Below, piece by piece: positions 54,798 through 62,295 of a stretch of 64,000 nucleotides of DNA. Source of the DNA: Enterobacterales bacterium (GTDB lineage Bacteria; Pseudomonadota; Gammaproteobacteria; Enterobacterales; GCA-2746155); assembly GCA_965250035.1 (NCBI GenBank), contig OZ252282.1, positions 2,998,536-3,062,535 on the forward strand. Direction: 5' to 3'. Under the pieces are notes generated by a model, which saw only the letters and a list, made by a program, of their open reading frames with translations, searched no databases and had not been told where the DNA came from. Made by a program: the position numbers and the translations under genes. The first letter of the stretch is position 1, and each line of letters opens with the position of its first letter.

Positions 54798-55658
54798 TTA
54801 GACGTTTGCGAGCAGCTCTGACAGGCGCTCTTGTTGAGATTCAGTGACTTGTTCGACTTCTTTCTGGACTGCCAACTCCCAAAGCAGGGCGACATATTCA
54901 TAGACCCACAACCAGTCTTTAAATGCCCGTTCATGAGATGACCAGTATTCACCGAAATAACTCTTCAAGACATTCTTTTGTTGCTGTTGCGTCAGCGCAT
55001 TGCCTTTACACAGGGCGGCAAGTTCAAATAACGGTGAGTTAACGCCGGAAAATTCCCAGTCGAAAAAGTGAATTGACTCGTTGATGAGGATATTGCTTGC
55101 TAGCAGATCATTGTGACAGAGACAATTATCATATTGCTCGGCTGACGACTCGATGATGCCCCTTGCCTTGGAGAGCAGTTCCCCACGCAACAACTCAGGG
55201 GCGACAGAATCCTGATCGATTTTGGCGCGGTAATTGTTAATGCTGTTGAGTAAATCCTGCTCGGGCAAATCGTCCACCGGCAGGGAGTGGATCTGTTTAA
55301 TACGCTCCATCAGTCGCTTGACACGATTCATATCATCGAAATCTTCTTCGCTCCAGTAATCGCCTTCGATCCAGCGCGCTATTGAGAATTGCTCATCCAG
55401 ATCGAAGTAGATAATGACGGGTGCCACCTGGAGCGGCTCCAGGTGCGACATGATACGCATCTCCTTTTTATGGTCGATGCCGAGGTCGATGGCCTCATGG
55501 TTAAAGAATTTTATGACGTATTCATCTTTACTGAATTTAAGATGATAGCTCTCGTTGGTAATGCCCTGGGTGAGATGCTTATAGGATATAAGCATGCGAC
55601 TGCTCAGTTCAGGTACCATTTCCAGGTAACGTTTAAGATTTGAAATCGAGCGTGTCAC
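54798..55658 (-). CDS. APH/choline-kinase-fold phosphotransferase, candidate thiamine kinase
   Basis: 286 aa with Brenner-like motif LCHNDLLASNIL and FFDWEF. Its position in a TPP-riboswitch operon supports the call. An alternative start at 55619 would remove the overlap with the PnuC-like gene. Confidence 0.7.
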   Translation of the reverse strand: MTRSISNLKRYLEMVPELSSRMLISYKHLTQGITNESYHLKFSKDEYVIKFFNHEAIDLGIDHKKEMRIMSHLEPLQVAPVIIYFDLDEQFSIARWIEGDYWSEEDFDDMNRVKRLMERIKQIHSLPVDDLPEQDLLNSINNYRAKIDQDSVAPELLRGELLSKARGIIESSAEQYDNCLCHNDLLASNILINESIHFFDWEFSGVNSPLFELAALCKGNALTQQQQKNVLKSYFGEYWSSHERAFKDWLWVYEYVALLWELAVQKEVEQVTESQQERLSELLANV

Positions 55659-56247
55659 GATACTGTTTCTTCCATACTAAATACCCTGAAATGCTAAGGA
55701 CAATGTACAACCCGAATAACAGGGCTGTCAGGATTAGGTCCTTATTCAGATAAAGGTAAATTGAAATACTATTGATCACGATCCAGTAAAGCCAGTTCTC
55801 TAAAACCTTACGCGTGACCATCCAGGTGGTTAATACTGCACTCCAAGTCGTGAAAGAGTCAAGCCAAGGATAACTGGCATTGGTATTTTGTAGCAGGGTG
55901 GCTGACAGGGCTGTGAGGGCCAGGATTAGCAATAATGCCATCAGATGCTGTCTTAGATTCCAGCGACTGATGGCTAGTTCATGCCCCTGATCGTCCTTTC
56001 GGGTCCATGCATACCAGCCATAGATCGCCATCCCCATGTAGTAAACCTGCAGGAGCGACTCCATGAACAGGGTGACCTCGAAAAACAGCCAGGTGTAGAT
56101 GGCAGTACTGAGCAGGGCCGCTGGCCAGCACAGGATATTCTGTTTCATTGCGAATAACAGATAAGCAATGGCCAGGATGACGGCTACGAGTTCCCATATC
56201 CTGGCCGCGGTCCAGCCCTCGGCTAGCCACTGGAGGATTTCAGTCAT
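55633..56247 (-). CDS. pnuC: PnuC-family vitamin transporter, probably of thiamine (PnuT) type
   Basis: 204 aa with 7 TM helices. Trp-rich motifs (WLYWIVINS) are typical of PnuC. It is under TPP riboswitch control. Confidence 0.8.
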   Translation of the reverse strand: MTEILQWLAEGWTAARIWELVAVILAIAYLLFAMKQNILCWPAALLSTAIYTWLFFEVTLFMESLLQVYYMGMAIYGWYAWTRKDDQGHELAISRWNLRQHLMALLLILALTALSATLLQNTNASYPWLDSFTTWSAVLTTWMVTRKVLENWLYWIVINSISIYLYLNKDLILTALLFGLYIVLSISGYLVWKKQYRDTLDFKS

Positions 56248-56248
56248 G

Positions 56249-56500
56249 CTATTTGGGGGCTAGGTTACCGTTGATAAACTTGCACACAAACACGGCTTTA
56301 CCCTGCTCCTGCCAGGATGAAGTCATGGCTTGTTCGAGCAGCGGGAATACGACGCTGGAATCACCGAATAATTGGGTGCTCATGGTATTGGTAATAGCCG
56401 TTACCCCATCCGTTTGATTGATTTTGGCGATGAAGGCTTTGATTGGTGCGATGTATTCTTCCGCAAGCGGATAGCAACTGAGTTCGACTGATATATTCAT
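56249..56500 (-). CDS. Small YkoF/MTH1187-like (thiamine-binding-type) protein
   Basis: 83 aa. MNISVELSCYPL... has the pattern of the ferredoxin-like UPF0045/YkoF fold. The call rests on recall and operon context. Confidence 0.55.
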   Translation of the reverse strand: MNISVELSCYPLAEEYIAPIKAFIAKINQTDGVTAITNTMSTQLFGDSSVVFPLLEQAMTSSWQEQGKAVFVCKFINGNLAPK

Positions 56501-56518
56501 AATGTATCCTGATTGATG

Positions 56519-58591
56519 TTAATAACGGTATCTTACCGTAAATCCTACATGCCTTGGATCGCCAAGGCGTTCATACAGCTTGACCGGGAAATCGGGTGGC
56601 TCATTGGCAAAGTAGAAGCCACGCACGGTGGTGCGTTCATTGGTCAGATTCTGGGCCCACAGATAATAACTCCAGGATGCCTCCTGATAGCCAAACTTCA
56701 GATTCACGGTATGACTGGAATCGGCGATCTGATCGTGGCTGAAAGAATAGTAAAAGTCATCTTTCATTTGCGCCTGTATACGGCCGAACCAGCCGTCATC
56801 GTCGGCATAGTTAAGCGCAAACGATAACATGGTGTTGGGGGCATGGGCCTGCTCACGTCCCTGCAGGCGCTGTTCAGCACCCTGAAATTCCTCGATTTTC
56901 GTGCTCAGATAACCCACGGTCATATCATAAGACCAGTTGTCATTGAGTTGATAACTCAGTTCGGCCTCGAGTCCCCGGTTATAGCCTTCGGCGGCGTTAT
57001 CGATGAGGAAGATAAAGGTCAGCGGATCGGTTGGATCCAACTGTTGCGACGTACTGATCTGAACTTCATCCCGCTGCATGTTGAAAATCGATGCGGACCA
57101 GCGTAGCGCGCCATCGGCGGATCGGCCACGCAGCCCGGCTTCCATATTCAGCACGTATTCCGGATCGAATTGACGCAATTCATCCGGGATCGACAGGCTT
57201 AGGTTAAAGCCCCCCGCCTTGTAACCACGGGCGATAGAATACCAGGATGTTAAGGTATCCGAGTGCTGCTTTATCAGGCTGATTTCACCACCATTCATGG
57301 TATCGGTCGGATTGAAATCGACCGGAGAGGTATCTCGATAGTCTGCCTCACGCCGTTCACGACGCAGGCTGACCGAGACGGTCGTATCTTCTGCCAATGC
57401 CCAGCGTAGTTGACCATAGATGGCCAGGGTATCGGCGGAATATTGTGAACTTAGGCTGCGGAAAATGGCACCGTTATATAGGTCAGTGATGTCATTATCT
57501 TCCTCCAGCGATTGTTGATAAAGACCCACAACCCAGTCAGTCGCACGTCGATCAGAGATCGGTTTGGACAGCAGTCGGACCTCATTGGTACTTGTGTTTC
57601 GACGCCGATCGGTGTCCGAGGTGAAATCATAGGGGCCGTTGACTCCCCATAGGTCAGGATTACCCCAGTCGCCATCGAATGCAACCCGGTTATCGATATC
57701 GGCATAGGTGCTGATGATTAGCCAGTCCAGCTGCTCTCCGGTCACCTCCCAGCGAGCGGCCATGGCAGTGGTCTTTTGTGAGTCCTCGCCGGGTTTATCG
57801 GTGGTTGTTATGTAGCTGTTATCCAGTGCCCAGAGATCATACCCATTGTCGAGTTCTGACTCGATAAGGGTCAGTTTAATTTCATGATTCTCGGCGGGTA
57901 ACAGGCGCAGTTTGGCGCGCATGTTAAATTCATCACGTTCGTTGGTATCATCGCGATTAAGGTACACGTTATCGCGGAAGCCATTGTTGACATACTGGTC
58001 GACGCTGATGAGACCGAGCACACTGTCATCCTCGGACAGGCTTCCCGAAGCCGACACTGACACACCATAGGTGTCATGATCGGCAATCATGAACTGACTA
58101 TTCAGTTCCGTTTCTGCCAGCGGATCTCGGCTCTGTACCCGGATCATTCCGGCGATCGCATTGGCACCATAGCGAGCACTTTGTGGGCCCCTGAGTACCT
58201 CGACCTGGCTAATATCGAATAGGCTGGCTAGCATACCCATGCTACTAAAATCGATATCATCGATAATCATCGCGACGGATGGATTGGGGGCGCCCTCATA
58301 CTGGTCTAACTCACCAATTCCGCGGATCTGAAAAAATTTCGGCCGCGAGCTACCGCCGGCCCAATTGAGGTTGGGTAGCAGGTTGATGACCTCCTCGAAG
58401 TGCTGCTCGGCAGCCTGTTGCAGCGCTTCTTCACTCATCACGCTGATACTCGAAGTGGTATTTTGTAAGTCGCTGTCACGATAATCTGCCGTGACGGTGA
58501 TCCGGTTGTCTGATTCCGACGACTCGTCAGCGATCAGTGAATAGTTGAGGGCTGCGGCAATCAGCAGCGATATATAGCGGACTGGTTTCAT
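56519..58591 (-). CDS. TonB-dependent outer-membrane receptor
   Basis: 690 aa with a signal peptide and a plug domain (VEVLRGPQSARYGANAIAGMI). The C-terminus is ...GFTVRYRY. Confidence 0.9.
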   Translation of the reverse strand: MKPVRYISLLIAAALNYSLIADESSESDNRITVTADYRDSDLQNTTSSISVMSEEALQQAAEQHFEEVINLLPNLNWAGGSSRPKFFQIRGIGELDQYEGAPNPSVAMIIDDIDFSSMGMLASLFDISQVEVLRGPQSARYGANAIAGMIRVQSRDPLAETELNSQFMIADHDTYGVSVSASGSLSEDDSVLGLISVDQYVNNGFRDNVYLNRDDTNERDEFNMRAKLRLLPAENHEIKLTLIESELDNGYDLWALDNSYITTTDKPGEDSQKTTAMAARWEVTGEQLDWLIISTYADIDNRVAFDGDWGNPDLWGVNGPYDFTSDTDRRRNTSTNEVRLLSKPISDRRATDWVVGLYQQSLEEDNDITDLYNGAIFRSLSSQYSADTLAIYGQLRWALAEDTTVSVSLRRERREADYRDTSPVDFNPTDTMNGGEISLIKQHSDTLTSWYSIARGYKAGGFNLSLSIPDELRQFDPEYVLNMEAGLRGRSADGALRWSASIFNMQRDEVQISTSQQLDPTDPLTFIFLIDNAAEGYNRGLEAELSYQLNDNWSYDMTVGYLSTKIEEFQGAEQRLQGREQAHAPNTMLSFALNYADDDGWFGRIQAQMKDDFYYSFSHDQIADSSHTVNLKFGYQEASWSYYLWAQNLTNERTTVRGFYFANEPPDFPVKLYERLGDPRHVGFTVRYRY

Positions 58592-58633
58592 AATGGTTCC
58601 AATAACAGAAAATTAATAAGCACTTGTTTGGAA

Positions 58634-58728
58634 CCGACGGATGGTCATACCTTTCCCTACGCCAGTATAATCTGGATCAGGTTCCAGGGTTCGCAGTGCG
58701 TCTCAGGTCAAATGACCACCCCTAAGGT
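58634..58728 (-). promoter_or_regulatory. TPP (THI-box) riboswitch
   Basis: The minus strand reads GGGGTGGTCATTTGACCTGAGACGCACTGCGAACCCTGGAACCTGATCCAGATTATACTGGCGTAGGGAAAGGTATGACCA. It has the conserved CUGAGA and ACCUGAUCnnGnUAAUnCnnGCGUAGGGAA cores and a P1 stem TGGTCAT/ATGACCA. Confidence 0.9.
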
Positions 58729-58808
58729 GATGCAGAGTATAACCGATCCCTTTATCTATTTGCCATATCTACAACGTATGGTATTTTGGGATTAATAAAA
58801 TAAGAAGA

Positions 58809-60455
58809 GTGACTATGGATAAGATTACCCCAATTGAAGCTTTTGTGAATCACACTCAGGCGACCCCTGATAAAGTGTTTATGCACCAACCCTATGAGAA
58901 TGAGGTCGTCGAACTGACCTATGCCGAGGCCATGCAGCATGTGCTGCGGCTCAGTCACTGGTTCAAACGCTACCCACCGCATAGTCATATTGGCATACTG
59001 TCGCTCAATTGCATGCATTGGATCCTGACGGATTTGGCCATCATGATGGCAGGCCATGTAAGCATTCCGATCTATCCCACCTCTTCATCTGCCAGTATCA
59101 ATCAGATCCTAGAACATAGTGAATGCCGTTGTCTGTTTATTGGTAAGATGCCTCCTGAGAAAGAGGGGCTGGGCGTGGTTGATACATCCCTGGATATTGT
59201 GAGCATGTATAGCCATCGTGAACAGTATCTGGACTGGGATCAGCTGGCTGTCGGCGAGGAACACGATACCCATATTGTGTATCCACCGTTCTCTGATCTG
59301 GCGAGTATTATCTATACCTCAGGCACCACGGGTATGCCGAAAGGCGTGATGGTAACCTACGAATCACTGTTCTCGGCCGGTGAGATCATCATCGACTGGG
59401 TCAAGGTCAAAGACACCGATCGCTTCATTTCCTATCTGCCACTGGCCCATGTGGCTGAGCGGGCAGCGGTCGAGATGGCCAGTGTCTATGCCGGTGCCGA
59501 AATCTTTTTCGTTCACTCACTGGATACCTTCAATGAAGATATGGTGAGGGCTAAACCGACAATCTTCTTTGGTGTTCCCAGGATCTGGATTAAATTACAA
59601 CAAGGTATCGAGGCCAAGATTCGTCCTGCTGTGTTGAACGTTATTCTCGGAATTCCATGGCTTGGTAACAGGTTTGCGAACACCTTACGCGAGAAACTGG
59701 GACTCGATCAGGTCAAGATCGCCTTATCAGCCGCCGCTGCATTGCCAGTGGACATTATCCACTGGTTTGACAAGATCGGGATACCCATTTGCGAGGCCTA
59801 TGGCATGTCTGAATCCATGGGAGCGGCGACATTTAACCACCCTGATTTCCGTCGCATTGGTAGCGTGGGGAAGGCGCTTCCGGGAACCGAACTGACAATT
59901 ATGGAGAATGATGAGGTGGCGTATCGTTCTACCTGCCTGATGGCGGGGTATTACAAGGAGCCGTCCCTCACCAGTCAGGCGATCAGGGATGGTTGGTTAT
60001 ATACCGGGGATACCGGTCGCATCGATGAGGATGGTTATTTATGGATAACCGGTCGACTTAAAGACATATTTAAGACACAAAAAGGAAAGTACATCGCGCC
60101 GTTGCCCATTGAGTCAGAATTATTGCCTCGTGCCGGTATGGAACAATTGTGCCTTATTGGCTCGAACCTGACTCAGCCGGTCGTTGTGGCACCGGTAATA
60201 GATAAGCCAGAGGGCGATGCCCTGAGAGCATTCGAGGCCAAATTAGAGCAGGTGCTCGATGAGATCAATACACACTTACCGGCCCACGAGCAGATTTCAC
60301 ATTGGTTCCTAGTCAATGAGGAATGGTCCCCGGAAAACAACTTGATCACACCGACGCTAAAGCTACGCCGGCAACCGATTGAGTCGCGTTACGAGGCTCA
60401 GATCCGTAAGGCCGTAACCGATGACAAGGTGATTCAGTGGTTAACGACCGACTAA
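58809..60455 (+). CDS. AMP-dependent acyl-CoA synthetase/ligase (long-chain fatty-acid-CoA ligase-like)
   Basis: 548 aa with AMP-binding motif IIYTSGTTGMPKGV and YTGDTGRIDEDGYLWITGRLKD. Confidence 0.9.
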   Translation: MTMDKITPIEAFVNHTQATPDKVFMHQPYENEVVELTYAEAMQHVLRLSHWFKRYPPHSHIGILSLNCMHWILTDLAIMMAGHVSIPIYPTSSSASINQILEHSECRCLFIGKMPPEKEGLGVVDTSLDIVSMYSHREQYLDWDQLAVGEEHDTHIVYPPFSDLASIIYTSGTTGMPKGVMVTYESLFSAGEIIIDWVKVKDTDRFISYLPLAHVAERAAVEMASVYAGAEIFFVHSLDTFNEDMVRAKPTIFFGVPRIWIKLQQGIEAKIRPAVLNVILGIPWLGNRFANTLREKLGLDQVKIALSAAAALPVDIIHWFDKIGIPICEAYGMSESMGAATFNHPDFRRIGSVGKALPGTELTIMENDEVAYRSTCLMAGYYKEPSLTSQAIRDGWLYTGDTGRIDEDGYLWITGRLKDIFKTQKGKYIAPLPIESELLPRAGMEQLCLIGSNLTQPVVVAPVIDKPEGDALRAFEAKLEQVLDEINTHLPAHEQISHWFLVNEEWSPENNLITPTLKLRRQPIESRYEAQIRKAVTDDKVIQWLTTD

Positions 60456-62149
60456 TTTTCCTTGATTGATATGATATAGTCGCCTCGCTCGAGTGCATCC
60501 ATGACATCCAGGCCTGACGTTACTCGGGCGAATATTGTGTAACGGCGATCCAAGTGCCAGTTTGGCTTGAGGTTGAAGAAGAACTGACTACCTCCGGTAT
60601 CCTTGCCGGCCGTTGCCATGCCAACGCTGCCCCGCTCATGACGGGCGAAGGATAACTCTTCTCTGATTGAATAGCCCGGGCCACCACTCCCAGTGCCTGT
60701 TGGGTCGCCTCCCTGGGCGACAAAGTTTGGAATAACCCGATGAAACAGTACCCCATCATAGTAGCCATCCATTGCCAGTTGATAGAAATTCAATGCGCTA
60801 TAGGGGGCGGCTGACAGTAGTTGTAAGGTGATGTCTCCACGACTGGTCTTCAGTGTCAGGGAGCGGCCGAAAACTGCCTGGGCCGCTACATACTTGGCGG
60901 TCTTTGAATCGGGTCGGCTGCCATCAGACGCCTGCTCATCCTGTAACGATTCAGCATAGTCTCGAATCGTCTCATGGTTCGATGACAGTGCACGCCGGAT
61001 GATGGCTTTGGCAGCGTCTGTGTCCATCTCGGCCACGACTTGTAATATCATACTCTCCCAGGTCGCCTGTGCGGGGCTTTTACTGTCGAACACTGCCAGC
61101 CAGCGATCCCTATAATTCTCAGATTGCGCCTGAAAAAGTAAACTCATGGCGCGATAGGTTACCCATTCTGAGGAGTCCTCACTCAGATGCTTGAGCCAGG
61201 CGATGGACTGGTCGGTCGGAGCAATGGTTGCCAGTCCCTGGATAAAGCCGATCTTTACCTGACTCGATGAATCCTTAACCACAGCCAGATAGGCTTTATT
61301 CTGAGTTTCCGATTGCGCGAGTCGGGCCGCGGCAGTGGCCGCCTGTGAGCGGACACCCGGATCGGTGGAGTGGGTTAATGAACGGATGACATAGTCGCCG
61401 AAGCTGGCATCCTGTTGTTCGGCCACGAGTGCCAGCAGCAGCTTATGATGATTCGGGGCGGTCACGGCCTGAATCGTTTTCTGTAAGTGTGCCTTATCAA
61501 ATAACGCTGTCTCGGTGCGGATCCGGGTCAGCGCATACAGGCAGTGATCGGCAAGCATCGCGCTGCCCTGGGCCATACTCAGTAGTTTGAATACCTGGGT
61601 AGAATTCGGCACTGAGATGCTATCCCGGTACATACTCCAGGCATAGTTCAGGGCATCGCAGGCAGCAGCCCGCACCGCGAGTGACTCATCATCTAGAAAT
61701 GGCAAAATAATGGCAATTTTGTCTTTATCCTCTGCCGCTTTGGGTAGCAGGCCTATGCCTGCCAATAATTCCGCTTTGACCTCAGTGTTTGATTCAGAAT
61801 CCAGGCGTTTTACCAGCCACTGATAGGCCGGTTCCGCACCACTGATAGCCAGTGCGTAGGCGGCATGTTTGCGGATCTCAGGCTGTGGTGAGTAGAGGCT
61901 GGACCCAATCAGCGTGACGGTATCCGGATCACCGATTCGACCCAATCCAATCAGTGCGGCTTTCTGTATTGCCAGATCATTCATGGCCAAGGCGCGCTGG
62001 AACAGTTGCTGGTCGGCATCGCGCCGATCGGTGGCTTCGTATAGTTGCGCCAGAAGGGATGATTGCTCATCCGGATTGGCGAATAGCGACGACTGGCTGG
62101 TGAGTGCCAGCAGAATAAGCGACAGAAACAGATTGGAATAGGTTTTCAT
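60452..62149 (-). CDS. Secreted HEAT-repeat protein fused to a C-terminal cyclophilin-type peptidyl-prolyl isomerase
   Basis: 565 aa with a signal peptide and ~390 aa of helical repeats. These are followed by FHRVIPNFVAQGGDPTGTGSGGPGY...GSQFFF. Confidence 0.85.
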   Translation of the reverse strand: MKTYSNLFLSLILLALTSQSSLFANPDEQSSLLAQLYEATDRRDADQQLFQRALAMNDLAIQKAALIGLGRIGDPDTVTLIGSSLYSPQPEIRKHAAYALAISGAEPAYQWLVKRLDSESNTEVKAELLAGIGLLPKAAEDKDKIAIILPFLDDESLAVRAAACDALNYAWSMYRDSISVPNSTQVFKLLSMAQGSAMLADHCLYALTRIRTETALFDKAHLQKTIQAVTAPNHHKLLLALVAEQQDASFGDYVIRSLTHSTDPGVRSQAATAAARLAQSETQNKAYLAVVKDSSSQVKIGFIQGLATIAPTDQSIAWLKHLSEDSSEWVTYRAMSLLFQAQSENYRDRWLAVFDSKSPAQATWESMILQVVAEMDTDAAKAIIRRALSSNHETIRDYAESLQDEQASDGSRPDSKTAKYVAAQAVFGRSLTLKTSRGDITLQLLSAAPYSALNFYQLAMDGYYDGVLFHRVIPNFVAQGGDPTGTGSGGPGYSIREELSFARHERGSVGMATAGKDTGGSQFFFNLKPNWHLDRRYTIFARVTSGLDVMDALERGDYIISIKEN

Positions 62150-62295
62150 AGAGTAATTATTTATCCGTATTGCAGGTTGTCATCATCTTGCCACATTTCG
62201 TCAGCCCATGGACATGGTTGCGCAGAATTTTTTCCCTACTCTCCTGCCATCATGCCGTCATGAGTCAACCGTTTTGAGAATGATGGAATGTAAAG

